From Phoronis australis (taxonomy: Eukaryota; Animalia; Phoronida), in the NCBI GenBank assembly GCA_002633005.1, contig NMRA01000777.1, positions 1 through 64,000 of the forward strand: 64,000 nt of DNA, given 5' to 3'. This document shows, piece after piece, positions 13,488 through 27,060 of the stretch; the stretch's first letter is position 1, and every line of letters starts with the position of its first letter. The notes below the pieces were generated by a model. That model did no database searches. It had not been told where the DNA came from and saw only the letters and a program-made list of their open reading frames with translations. The position numbers and the translations under genes were made by a program.

Positions 13488-16047
13488 CCACCGTCAACAT
13501 AAAACAGAGATTGTCTTCCTATGGCGACGCGACCAGCATGCTGAATTCTGGAATTTTATTTGCGACCTGCGCTTCAAGCCGCTCCAGGTGCATTCAGAAG
13601 CGACTGAAAAACCAACAGCTTACGGGCAACATCAGTGTCTCCTGCTGTCAGGATGGAAGTGTTTTGAGATGATCAGTGGCGCCGCACATCGTCTATAACC
13701 CAGACTGCGACAGGTAATTTGCAGGTAATTATGATATTCTGTTGCATATGTCGTACTTCCTCCCCGGGATTGTTGTACCTAGTGGATGGAATGTATTGAT
13801 GAAAGGGCAGAAAACTATACAATTCTGCCAAGTGTTATGTCTAGAAAATGACAACTGTGTCCGTCATTGGTGTAGTGTTCAAGTTCATCGTCATTTGATT
13901 GCAGCGTAAGCAATCGAGTAATATGTGCGAAGGATATTTTGCAATCGATGACGTGCCGGCAGTAGTGAATCAAACTTCGAAAACTTTGGTAAAGTTGGTT
14001 AACCTAAAAGTACGCATAACTATTTACAACCAAACTTAATTGGTGACCCTGTTTTGTGCTGAAAACCCGCGAAAATTGACTGTTTTATTATACATTGCCA
14101 GTTATCTGACACCCACCAAGTTTGTTCATTGATTCTNNNNNNNNNNNNNNNNNNNNNNNNNNNNNNNNNNNNNNNNNNNNNNNNNNNNNNNNNNNNNNNN
14201 NNNNNNNNNNNNNNNNNNNNNNNNNNNNNNNNNNNNNNNNNNNNNNNNNNNNNNNNNNNNNNNNNNNNNNNNNNNNNNNNNNNNNNNNNNNNNNNNNNNN
14301 NNNNNNNNNNNNNNNNNNNNNNNNNNNNNNNNNNNNNNNNNNNNNNNNNNNNNNNNNNNNNNNNNNNNNNNNNNNNNNNNNNNNNNNNNNNNNNNNNNNN
14401 NNNNNNNNNNNNNNNNNNNNNNNNNNNNNNNNNNNNNNNNNNNNNNNNNNNNNNNNNNNNNNNNNNNNNNNNNNNNNNNNNNNNNNNNNNNNNNNNNNNN
14501 NNNNNNNNNNNNNNNNNNNNNNNNNNNNNNNNNNNNNNNNNNNNNNNNNNNNNNNNNNNNNNNNNNNNNNNNNNNNNNNNNNNNNNNNNNNNNNNNNNNN
14601 NNNNNNNNNNNNNNNNNNNNNNNNNNNNNNNNNNNNNNNNNNNNNNNNNNNNNNNNNAAAAACAGCACAAAACAAAAGTAGAATAGAACAGATTCGCACG
14701 GTAAAGTCAACGCAAAACCAAGTGGCGGGAAACGCTTGCCTCCTAGAACGTCACTTCCGGAGTAGCGGACGAGTAATTTATAAAATTACGAAAAGCTGTA
14801 ATTAAGTGGAAAATATGTCTAGGATAACCAACCAACCTTATTTTAGCTCAAATTGACATGGAAAAAGGTTGCCTTCGCCTTTAAGACGATTTCCAAAGCA
14901 ATCCCGTCATTATTGCCAACACGAAAAACGGATTTGGTCTTTTGGGCATTTTAAATACAACAAATTTGTTAAGAACCGATTGCACAAAATATAACCCGTG
15001 TAATAAGCATTACAAAAAGAAATAAGTTTCGCGCGCAATTGCTGTGGACCATAAACAAGTAGGTCTCTTAGTATCCCAATAGGCGTTAAATCGTAGTGGT
15101 GTAGTGGTTAAGCATGCGCGCTATGTTCGCTAGGTTGTGAGTTCGAGTCTCTGGTGTCTTGCATTTTTCCTGTTTGACACGTTCTCCGTTTTTTTTGCAT
15201 AATACTTCAGGAATCAAGGAAAATGCTTGATTTTTAGAGGAAAAAAACAGAAAAATTCCTGAGCAGGAGGGGGGCAAACCCCCCCTCCCGACCTCCCCCC
15301 ATTCGGTGCTATGCGCATCTACAATCGTGGTTTGCGCAAATGCTTATAGCCGGACAAAATGTTGGGCCCCCCTTGCGATATCCTAGATCCGCCACTGTCC
15401 ACCGTCAACATAAAACAGAGATTGTCTTCCTATGGCGACGCGACCAGCATGCTGAATTCTGGAATTTTATTTGCGACCTGCGCTTCAAGCCGCTCCAGGT
15501 GCATTCAGAAGCGACTGAAAAACCAACAGCTTACGGGCAACATCAGTGTCTCCTGCTGTCAGGATGGAAGTGTTTTGAGATGATCAGTGGCGCCGCACAT
15601 CGTCTATAACCCAGACTGCGACAGGTAATTTGCAGGTAATTATGATATTCTGTTGCATATGTCGTACTTCCTCCCCGGGATTGTTGTACCTAGTGGATGG
15701 AATGTATTGATGAAAGGGCAGAAAACTATACAATTCTGCCAAGTGTTATGTCTAGAAAATGACAACTGTGTCCGTCATTGGTGTAGTGTTCAAGTTCATC
15801 GTCATTTGATTGCAGCGTAAGCAATCGAGTAATATGTGCGAAGGATATTTTGCAATCGATGACGTGCCGGCAGTAGTGAATCAAACTTCGAAAACTTTGG
15901 TAAAGTTGGTTAACCTAAAAGTACGCATAACTATTTACAACCAAACTTAATTGGTGACCCTGTTTTGTGCTGAAAACCCGCGAAAATTGACTGTTTTATT
16001 ATACATTGCCAGTTATCTGACACCCACCAAGTTTGTTCATTGATTCT
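13488..16047. repeat. 649-bp duplicate (13488-14136 = 15399-16047) flanking an N-gap; probable haplotype duplication
   Basis: Essentially identical sequence at offset 1911. The first copy ends exactly at the gap. Confidence 0.85.
15090..15158 (+). repeat. tRNA-derived (SINE-head-like) sequence
   Basis: A-box-like TGGTGTAGTGG at 15097 and B-box-like GTTCGAGTC at 15141 with tRNA-like spacing. No convincing cloverleaf. Confidence 0.4.
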
Positions 16048-18744
16048 CTGCCCTTCCTTTTTTCGTTCACAAAACGCAGAAAAGTTTATAAAAATCGCAT
16101 CCATCACATGCTTACAAACAACTTAGACTTTCGGAAATCTTATCGATGTAAGGACTATTCAAGCAAACATATCTAAAAATGCCGTAAATTGACAAGGCGC
16201 TAAACATGTTTCTGTCATCGATTTTCGCTATTTATACCATCCTACATGAACGTGTTTATCTTTTTGACAGTAATTAAGGTCTTTAATCGGCAATAAAACG
16301 CTTGGTTTCCTCAGAAACTGACCGCGTAAAGTGTGTGATTGGTTATTTCATTAACAAAATGTTGAGTTTTTAAAGGGTCATTTCCCATTTACATACCGGT
16401 ATGAAAATAGCCAATTTGTCTCAAAATTCTCATTTACAGGACTACAGTTAGTTTGAACCACCATAAGAGAATAACCTACGCCGGTCTGAAGTGAGTTATG
16501 GAATGACATAGTATTCCTGGAAGAGCGATCACATTGAAAACTAACTTATAAGAGAGATAAACGGTCACCTGACTGCACACGGACAGGCATGAATAATTTC
16601 ATCCTTAGGCGTTTACGTGATAACTGAGGATTTTAGAAATGTACGATTTGATGGGTTTAAATTAAAAACACTTTCTTGAAAATGTGACCCTTGTAACAAA
16701 GATACATGTAATTAGATGGCGTAAAGTTTTAACTGCAGATAGTTTAGCTAGTTGTTCATGTCTCGTGTAATTTACGAAATGCACTCATTCAATGTTTCGT
16801 GTAATATACGAAACGCGTTCAATGGGAGTACCCTTCTCTATTGTACCCCACTCCCCCACCCGTCTCTCTTCCAGTACGCATCCCAGCTTCTGGTAACCAA
16901 CGGACCAAGAACACAGTACCAGTGGCTGATTTTGACCTTATCACTGGCTTGGGTCAATAAAAACCCTTGTTGCACAACTGTCGCTGACACCTGAAAAAGG
17001 CATAAATGACAGAAAATACATCGTATGGGGTTTTTCTAAAGAATGAAGAAATTCAACAAGCCATACCGTGAACAATACGCTTACAAGGAAGTCACACAAT
17101 TCTAAAAATATGCGGGAATTTTCGCCGCTCTTCCTTCTGAGCGGCTTTTACCAGGATCAGAGCGCGGCGCCGGAATCAGGTACAACTGTGATGACCGCAT
17201 TGCCCGATGCGAGCAAGACCCAATTAAATGTAATTATCTGACCATAAACTGTATTAAACATCTCTGACTGTACATAATGGCGAATGTTCAAAATGCATTA
17301 ACCACTAATTTTCGTTAAAAACGAACACCACGGCGGTATTCAGCTGGAAAAAACAACCAAGTACGGTTTTCGATTTTTAGAAATTGATGAACTAATAATC
17401 TAAAAACTACAACCACTGGATGCGGTCGAAGATAAACTACAGCCCGTATTGATATACTCGGTGGGATCAGAGTTAACAATATCACATGGATTCATTTTTT
17501 AATATTCTTTCAATCTCGTTTAACCAGATTTTTGACCAGGAAACAGTTGTACTTAACTTGTGCCAAGTTTTCATTTTTATTACTGATAAAGAGCTAGAAA
17601 AGTTAAATAGCCAGTGCCACCGAAATGTCCAGAGATTCCAAATCTACAGTTCTGGTTATCACCATGGTTGCACTTTTGTGTATACTTTATGATTTGAGTT
17701 CTAATAAAGATTTAACTTTAATGACACGTGAAATGTTTAGTGTACCTGTAATGTGGAAAGTTTAGGGATGAGCTCATAATGAACTTAACTACTTAAGTTT
17801 CGCTGGCGATCAAAATCTACCACTGTTTTGGTACTTCAAGTTTAAGGCTTGGATAAAAAGTTATCAACCCGTTCCCAGTAAGAAAAAAACAAGTAGGCAG
17901 AAGCATTAAAAATTAATTAAAGAAATCCAATATGAAACATATCGTTCATTTGGGAAGTGGCCTTTGTGAAGATAAACACAAGTTATTTAGTTATTTTGTA
18001 ATATTTATAATGTACCGAGTTAAAACTACTCTCCAGAGTTGCAGGCCGTAACTCTGTAAAGGTCAGAGAAAACCAAATTGGGGGTACTAACAACAACCAT
18101 TGTTGAGACTGTATTGCTAGCAATTAGCTTTCCACTTCTTTAGCTCAGATCTACATCAATACAAAGGTCGTGCTGAATAGGCATCGTAAAAGTTGTTTGG
18201 GGAATCTGAGCGGTGACAAGTGTAAGCGAGAAACTCTCCAAATGCCATGTTTTTTACCTTGTACATCGTCCACCTTGAAAAAATCGAGATGCCAAAAATG
18301 AGGAAAAAGTGCAATTTTTGCCATTTTTCACTTAAAATCACTAATCCACGATTGCCCCGGTGCCAGAAAGGAGATCCAGAAATCTAGGTTAAAATATCAA
18401 CTAGATTTTTGACTGTTTTCGTATCCCATTGTACAGATCTCTGGACTCGATTTACCCAAAACTTCAAGGGACTACTGAAACCCATTTGTGGCAATCACTT
18501 TCCATTTAGTTCACAAAACTGTCGTCAAACCCGACGCACCCCATTTTCTTCATTTTGGGGGGAGCTGCAAAGGCCTCTATTGTGGCATTAGACCTTTTGG
18601 TAGCGACTTGTGATGAAAATGAAAATATTAAGTTGTATCTTTTCGTGTTGTTGTTCATTTTCAAGTCCATCATTTCTCTATTTTTGATACTGGGCTATTA
18701 CGGAATGATATTTTGTAGTGAAAATTTCAAAATGCACTGTACTA

Positions 18745-18856
18745 TAGTAATGAAAAGTTACCTGTCGGAGTCATGAAGGTTTTGAAACCATTAGCCTTCG
18801 GTCTTATCCCGAGACCTTCGGGTGGAATGACTCCGACAGGTAACTTTGCATTACTA
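18745..18856. repeat. Short palindromic element (30-bp inverted arms, 52-bp spacer)
   Basis: TAGTAATGAAAAGTTACCTGTCGGAGTCAT ... ATGACTCCGACAGGTAACTTTGCATTACTA, one mismatch. Confidence 0.8.
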
Positions 18857-19620
18857 ATATTCTAACGGAGTCGGGGACATGAGCATTCATTCTACTACAT
18901 TGTACTAGCTTTGAGCATCCACCCAACACTGACCAATTATACTAAAGTGTTTTTCATGGAATAATCACATGCAAAACATTTTTCTATTCTTATTACTACC
19001 CCGGGAAATCTTAAAATGCACATAATTTGGATTCTAAATATGCTAGATGTTACGCGTGCAAGCCCTTAGAAAGGTGAAGATTATTGGGGGCCGATTTCTT
19101 TGACTTGCTTGAAGCAGTTTGTTGTTTGTTAGTCCAGACACTTTAATTCCCAAATTTGAGCCTGGGTCTAAGTTCATTGATGCATTGTCTATTTCTTAAG
19201 AAACTAGCTTCTAATTGTCAAAAGGATTGTCAACCAATCAGTCCATTTTCGTCCGATGAAGTAACACGTAAATCCAAAACAATTGAATCCATACAGTTCA
19301 TCAGACAGAAAAACACATGGCAACACAGCACAAAAACGAAAGCAGTACACAGAGCTCATTTAGATTAATCTGCATTTCGACTTCGTTCAACGGGTTAAAA
19401 TTCGTTAGAAACATGCACAATATATTTCTACGGTCGTCAAAAGTCATATGCATACCCCCCCCCCCGAAAGCCTGATCGACCTGTGCGATTTTCCAACAAT
19501 GCTATCCTAATAGCAATTTTCAAAATAAATACTGTTCTTTATTGTTTGGACCGCATGACCTGATGCTGTTGTGCTTTTTACGGACATGTTTTCTCGACCT
19601 GTTTGAAGTTTCTTCTATTA

Positions 19621-22340
19621 TAATCAGGTTTGTTGTGTAATTTTGTTGGAATTTTTGGGGAAAGTGGAAACTATACATTTTTGGAAACCTCATGGAATGA
19701 CAAATCATAAACTAATTGATTCAATTTTTGGCGGCCATCTTGGCGGCCATCTTGGCGGCCATCTTGGGTTTTCAAAAATGGCGCCGGTAAAATGGATTTT
19801 GTCCAATATCTACTCTTTTTGATCACTTAGAATGTTGGTTTTTATGCTACACCTGCCTTTCTCAGGTCAAGGAATTGAAAATTTTAATTTTTGGGCGCCA
19901 TCTTAGATTTTTAAAAATGGCGCCCGTAAAATATATTTTCCTCAGTATCTTTGCTCTTGGGTCACTTAGAATGTTAGTTTTAATGGCTGCACTCATATTT
20001 TTGTGGCCAAAAATCTGAAAATGCAACTTATTAAATGAGAAACATAATCAAATGCATTCTTCATGTAATCCGACACATGATCACTATCTTACTTTCTTGT
20101 ATATTTTGTTCGGAGCTTGTTTCCTTCAAGACACTTAAAACTAAAACAGTACCTAAAGAACTTATTTACGTTTGAAAACACGGTAGTGTGTTTTTTGCAG
20201 TGTCAATAATCTTTCAAAACTTTGAAAGCAGTCTATAGATCATTACTATAACCATCACTGCCACCAGGAATCGCGTTATCATCACCATTCTGACATTCTG
20301 CGCTATACTGAAATTTGATCGGCAAGAGCACCTTTGGGAAGAGGAATTGTTTTTGCACTGGCATCTAACCATCTCAATGATAGCCTCTAGCGCAGGAAGC
20401 TCCTCAGTTGTGAGTGTTTCAGCTGGTCATCTTTGTCCTTGTAAATTCGTTTTGCAATAGGTCAAGGAACTTCTGTTGAGCAATGACGGACTGGCCCCAC
20501 ACCCTCTCTTGAAAAAACAACCTCAGCGCATGCTGTTTCAAAGCACCATTGCTTGGTGGACGTTTGTCGGTGTCAGCCATATGTTTACAGAAGAGGTACC
20601 ATCTCAGCTCTGGAATGCTGTTTGTGTCTATACCCTGTGGTGACTATGAACATGTAAAAGGGGCTAATGTGAAAAAGGTTCACCTTTTACTTCGTAAGCA
20701 GTACAAGAAGTCTGCTGCGCATTGATATCATCGGTGTTTGCCTTCAAATATATATTCAACCTATAGAATGGACCAGTGTTGTCTGTCCATGTAAAAGCAT
20801 GGAAAGCAGGTAGAGACTTTGCCCGGACAGCACCTAATATTGTCCATATTGGATTCACGTCCACAATCCCAGATGCCATGGTGACTGAAGTATTTCTGAG
20901 AAGCCTGTCATAATAGGCAATGACGAGTACCAGTAAATCTATGTCAGGTGAAAAAAAACATCAGCTGAGAATCAGGGACCATTTGATGTGATGCCAAAAC
21001 TGCATGATGTGCAGTGTATTAGCAATACGTCTGCTTTTTCGTGATCGTTTCCTTCTAAGTGTAGATCTAAGTGTAGGTTGTTCTTTGTGCATCCTGAAGC
21101 TGAAGTAATGGCTATCTTGGCATAGTCTTTATTATATTCAAGTGTCTTTGCAGTCAGATATTCAGTAAGTTGAGCCTTTCTTGGTCATGGAAACGGCTCA
21201 TTGAGATGTTCTATATGTAAGTCTCATCTCTTATCTGGTGCTGTACTTGACCCTTTCTCTGTCTCCTTTTTTCTCTTGTGGGTTGCTTCAAAGAGTTGTC
21301 TTTGTGGGTGTCAAAAACCAGAATGATATCGTCATAATCTCTAGTTAAGAAAATCACTTCTATACTATCCACACGCGCAGTTTTGTGGCTTGGGTGAACA
21401 CACTCATTGGATGTTGTTTACATGTTTTCTAAGTCTAAAACCTCTCTTGCAGCTTGAGGACTGTCCTGTTCTAAGACGTCTACTTCGGAAAGTTTTTGCA
21501 GAAGGTGGATTCGATTCGATTTGTCTGTGCATGACAGCCTTGCACCACTGGCAGCAAAGACTGTTCTTGGTGTTAGGGTAAATTCACAGTGGCTGATAGC
21601 ATGTTTCTGGTCGATTTGCCCAGCAGGCTACAACAGTTGTTCTCGTCATTGATCCTCAGTCTGGTTACTGCCAAGCTTATCTGTCATCCGACTGTCAAAG
21701 ACAAAATGCATTTCCATTGAGTATAGGAGAACTGCATTCCAAAGTGAACAGTGGAAATAATAACGAAATCTTCAAAAGATACGTCTCAAATGTCTTTTGA
21801 AAAAGATACAGATATACACTCTAGATATGCATGTAGGTTAATCTGCGTTTCTGTGATTCCTTTAAATATTCTGGGGGTTCGTATCTGCTATTAAATCATT
21901 TAGATTAGGCCTATATGTATCATTTTAGAAATAGTGTTTCAATTCCTTAAACCACAAAATGTGGGTGCAGCCGTTAAAACTGACATTCTAAGTGACCCAA
22001 GAACAGAAATACTGAGCAAAATGTATTTTACGGGTGCCACTTTATTTGTGAAATTTCAAGATGGCGGCCATTAAAATTAAAATTTCCAATCCATTGACCT
22101 CAGTATTGCAGGTGTAGCGATAAAACATTTTCAGTGACCCAAGGGCGGATATATTGGGCAAAATCCATTTTACTGGCGCCATTTTTGAAAATCCAAGATG
22201 GTCTCCAAGATGGCCACCGAAAAAATGCAATCAGTTATTTTCTGATTCGTCATTCCATGACGTTTCCAAAAATATTTAGTCTCCACTTTCCCCCAAAAAT
22301 TCCAACGAATGTCAAAATTTGGACATAGTGAACCTGACTA
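19621..22340 (-). mobile_element. AcademX-like DNA transposon relic (XPG-type nuclease plus Cys finger, long TIRs)
   Basis: Imperfect TIRs of about 390 bp (19621-~20010 and ~21950-22340) with termini TAATCAGGTT / AACCTGACTA. Broken internal ORF on the minus strand with NDHEKADVLL, FFSPDIDLLVL, LPAFHAFTWTDNTG, IPELRWYLFCKH...PPSNGALKQH and VRCQCK...RCSCRS. Confidence 0.75.
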
Positions 22341-23077
22341 TCAATTCGGGGACAAAAAGTACACACTAGTGGCGCATACAGCCGTTTTTCAAATGCATTG
22401 TGGAATGGTTGTATGCTTGCAAGTATCCACTCAGGTATCACCGAAAGTTAAATTTGGGGAAATGCATAAATCTAACGGATTATTTCCCTCACGCACGCGT
22501 ACATCGCTTGTAATACGCGATCATCTCGCGATGACATGCGTAATCCTGCGTTTTCGCGAGTTTCTGTGGTCTATGGAGCACAGGTTAGTTATGTTTTAAG
22601 TGGTGATAGTTACTGTATCGTGATCGGAGGGGCACGTGCTTCGAGAATCTTTCGAGCAAAAGTTTTGCTAAAAGCCTGTATCGTCATTCGATGTATTTTT
22701 ATTCTAATATTGTTTAGTCATAGTAGCTCCAAAAAGCATGCTGCAGTGTGCCCGTGGTTTCAAATATCGTGAGCTCATTCTGCAAGTGTTGGTTTCCGTG
22801 TCTACACGGAAGTCAATTATTAAGTTTTCTACGGATGTGTACTAGTCGACAGTTCTCCTATAATGCATTTGATAAAAGACAGCAGCGCCGTCGGGGAATT
22901 CCCTGGAATTGGCAGTGCCGGATTTACATGAGGGTGGCAAAGGAACATTTGCTCCAAGTCCCCCCCCCCCCAACTTGAAAATAGTGACACTTAATTTCGT
23001 AATCGGTGATCCTCGAAAAGGTGACCTCTTTTAACATAAATGTAATTCAACATCAGGGTGTACCATCGAAACAAAGA

Positions 23078-23907
23078 ACCCCGGTGTAGGCCTAAAACAG
23101 ATATTCCGGAGTCGAAAACAGACTCCCACACCTTCAGAACAGCTAACCAGCCCGAAAACACGAACCCTGACCTTTAAAACAGGAACCGCGGGCATCGTTG
23201 TCAGTAGCCTCAAACTTTGAGTTAAAGCATCTTCAAGTACTTTCTATGATCCAGTTGTTTTCTACATTTGTTTGATAAAAATTGTCAATAACAAAACGCA
23301 ACTTATATTGACTTTGTTCTTTGATTTTTACCGGTAAAACTCTTGCAACTTGTCTGTGGGCAAATTTTAACATCATCTATACTCTAAACTCGTTATCTCA
23401 GTGAATATTTAGTTAATTTCAGATTATTCAATAGTTTCCCCAAAAATACTTTCAAAAATGAAAAACAAAAATATTTCGAGTGTCATTGTTGAGTAATCTG
23501 TTGTGACATGTACGCAACCTCGTGGAAGAAGAACAGTTGATTGAAGAATTGGGGGAAAAAGAAACTGGCCAATAGGTGACGCAATATTTCATGGCGCTGA
23601 AAGCCGACGCAAAAGATAGCACAACTTTAGCAGCAGAATAACGTAGAACACCAATCCGTCATAAGTTGTCTAAAATTATCCTATAGTAAAACAACATATC
23701 ACAACAACTATTTAAAGTAGGAAGATTTTTTCATCAAGTGATGTTTTACAGAAAGTCTGGGAGTGGTGATCCGGTCCCCGGGTGTGTTGTCCGATGCCGG
23801 GGTTTCTGTTTTAAAGGTCAGGGTTCGTGTTTTTAGGGCAGGTTAGCTATTTTGAAGGTGAAGGAGAGTCTGTTTTCGATCCCGGGATATCTGTTTTACA
23901 CCGGGGT
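23078..23907. mobile_element. MITE-like element with ~120-bp imperfect TIRs
   Basis: 23078-23197 is the reverse complement of 23792-23907 (e.g. AAAACACGAACCCTGACCTTTAAAACAG / CTGTTTTAAAGGTCAGGGTTCGTGTTTT). Confidence 0.75.
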
Positions 23908-26739
23908 GCTGCCAAATTTCACCGTGATACCTCAAACACTTTGATGAATACGGAACCAGACGCAAGATTAATAATAATGCCACAAGAGGGCGCAGTGTAC
24001 GCCAAATACGTCTGAAACGGAGCAGGTGCCGTTGTCTCCAAAAATCAAAACTGACACAATGAGACTCTACAGTAATCAGATTTATTCCAAGTATTGTGTT
24101 GTACTCTTGTCAAAAAACACAAGCCAAGTTTTAATGAAAATTCACGAAGGACTGAACTAGATATTGAGTCACAGTTTAGAAAGGAACACTACAAAATTCC
24201 TCGAATGAGGCGCCACAGTGGTCGGACGTCAGGCGTCATCGTCTTTTTAATAGAAACTTATTTGCCAAATTTCACGACTAAAAATCTGTCAAGCCTACAG
24301 GTGTGCATAAAAAGTGTGAAAGATCTAAATTCACCTCTATGTGGCACAGTAGCAGCAATCGGATCTTCTGAAAATCGTAGCCATCCGTTGCCACGTTTTT
24401 CGAATACGCTTGCTAAATTCACAAAGATCCTGCAAGGAATTTAGCAGATACAGTCGCCGACGCAAAAAACTGCCACTTGGGGACGTCAGTGTAGTCGGAG
24501 CCGTCACGAGGTTAACTGACTCCTTAGCAGGAAAACATCTGTCAGTTTCATAATAATTCTTTCAACTGTTTTGCGTGTAAACTAGAGGCAAAAGAAAAAA
24601 TCGTAAACGTCCAATAATTTGCCAAATTTCCTGACAGAAAATCCGTCAAAACACAAACTTACGTTGTATACTGCAGATAACTGTTGACCTCACTATGATG
24701 CCCTTGCCAGCCCCNCCCCCCCCATCCCGGGCCCCCAACAAAAAATTCATCATTGCATAGTAGTTAACCCTTCTCTTAAATCTTTTTCTGCTACATGTTA
24801 CGCTGTGTCTTTCTTTTCTCGAATGGCCCCCTGCTCTCGGGTTTACGAGATAGCCACGGTGTCTCCCTGACATCTACAATTTTTTGGTGGAGTTGGGCAC
24901 GTTATCCCGCTTTCTACGACCTTGTGTGTGAGGAATTCAACTGCGTGATCATTTTCAGATCTCTCAATTTTCGACGATGTTGACAGTGCATAGGTATATT
25001 TACACGAGCATTTGCATACTTACCTGGTCTACGGCCGAGGGAAAGATGGCTGGCGCCTTTCGCTGTTTGACGTTTTAAGGCATGATTTACATTTTTTCGC
25101 TCATTATTTTGTGGGCTGATAATGGACAGTTAAAACGTTATACCAGTTTCTGCATTTGTGGGCTTTCTGGTGAGTTGTTTTATTCAGGCCTAACGTGTTT
25201 CAACGTTTGTACACAGCGCCAAGCAGAGAGACGTGGCAATGTACTGCGTGAATCCTAACACACGTAATTCTGTGTGAAAGATACTATACATTGGTTTGTC
25301 TGTCGTATTCCAAGTGGTTTTGTAAATTGTTTCACTTGAAACTTTGCCTAAGGAACAAGTATTCAGGATGTGTTGTCAAAATCTCCATGTCTTTATCAAT
25401 GCCTTACCCTACTTTTTATACCAAAGTTGTGTTTGCCAACATTGCCTGTTGATGCTTGATAAGCCTTGGAGGTTCATTTACTCCTGTGCATAATCTTGTC
25501 TTTTGTATAAATTCCTTTGCCTTTATATCGGTCACTAGCACCTGTGCCACTGTTTTGTTTGTTTAACTGTCACTCTGATGTAAAATAAACATTTTGCTTA
25601 CTTACTACTTACTAACAAGCACTTGTGAGGAATGTTCAGATTTAGTCTGTCATTGTCACAGTTGTTACCACAAGACGCCACGGTCAAAAATAGTCTACCG
25701 AAAGGGATTTTCCAACTTCTAGCCAATCCAATGAACGAACGTTACTTCGTTTCGCCGAACTACGAGAGCCCAGAGTCGATATCATTGCACGACACTCCGC
25801 ACTGTATAAGTTCACCTTCTTGACTGCCGTAAACTTATTCATTGCTTTGGCATAGGATCCAAAATGGTCCCTAGCTTTGGCCTACCTTGAAAATGCTTCC
25901 CCGCAGTGAATCCGGGGGGGGGGGTGGCGTTGCAAAATGCACACCAATGCACCTCACCATTCTACAGAAATAAAAGTCCGTAACTATCGAGCGATATACA
26001 CAAGCGCGGAATAGCCTGAATTTAACCAAAATAAAGTTATTTCAACCAGATCACAATAATGAAGGAGAAACTAACGCTTGTATTGCGCAAAAACTAAACA
26101 CGAAAATCGAATTAGGCCATTTACTCTCATCCATAAAGCCGTCTCATAATATACCTTACCAGTCCCGTAGCCAGCATTGCGCGGGGTGTGGTTCGAATTT
26201 CTAGAACGGTGGACCTTCGATATTTTACCAACGTCGACACTGTAGATCTCGGTAAGGCCCTTGACGCAGCTGAATTAGGGGGCTATCAGCTTTACGATAA
26301 GGTGAAATTTGTAATACCAGAAATCAGGATGTCGTAACGGTTGCTCGCAAAGAACGCAGCTCAAATTCGGTTGTAATGTGGCTCAGAATATATCGCGTGC
26401 CGCACCGGTGAAAGTGTCGCGCGTAAATTACGACCGAGGCTTCGCTCGTGGTTTGTTGGTTACGTGAGCTCTGAAGCAGTTGCGTTCATGATTTTACACT
26501 TTTCGCTCATAATTTTACGCTCGTAATTTCACGCTCGTATTTTCACATGCTATGGAATATTCAGAAGGTAAAATTTTAGGAGCTGAGTATAGACGTGCAA
26601 AAGTTTGAACATATCAAAGACTGAAATGTTTTTACTTGTTGCCCTATCCATCCCAGGCACTTGAAAGTGGTCCGTTTTAGTACATATGGATGTGCCAAAA
26701 TGTATATCTAGAGCTCGCGTGACCAACAAACCAATTTCC

Positions 26740-27060
26740 TATTTTATATAGTGATTTCGGTCGTAAAGCACGAGCGAAGTCTTGGTCGTAATTACGCTCG
26801 TAATTACGGGTGAACGATTTCGGTCGTAAAACACGAGCAAAGTCGTGGTCGTCCTCACGAGCGTTATAATTAGGAACGAACGATTTCGGTCTTAAAACAC
26901 GAGCAAAGTCTCGGTCGTAATCACGAGCGTAATTATCGACCAACGATTTCGGTATTGAAACACGAGTGAAGTGTCAGTCGTGATCACGAGCGTAATTATG
27001 GGCGAACGATTTCGCTAGTAAAACACGAGCGAAATCTTGATCGTGATTACGAGCGTGACA
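26740..27060. repeat. Minisatellite, about five copies of a 63-66-bp unit
   Basis: Repeated CGATTTCGGTCGTAAAACACGAGCRAAGTC...CACGAGCGTAATTA. Confidence 0.85.

Noticed and set aside
14020-14805. Long ORFs across the N-run (also 27744-28323)
   Set aside because: Artefacts of assembly gaps.
15090-15158. Possible tRNA gene
   Set aside because: A- and B-box-like words are present, but the acceptor and anticodon stems do not pair. Kept only as a tRNA-derived repeat.
25016-25027. ATACTTACCTGG, identical to the 5' end of U1 snRNA
   Set aside because: Similarity stops after 12 nt, with no U1 stem-loops or Sm site. It is simply a consensus splice donor on the minus strand with no assignable exon.
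26677-26943. Repetitive ORF resembling a neuropeptide precursor or a CRISPR-like array
   Set aside because: No signal peptide, dibasic or amidation sites, and no unique spacers or cas genes. It is a degenerate minisatellite in eukaryotic DNA.
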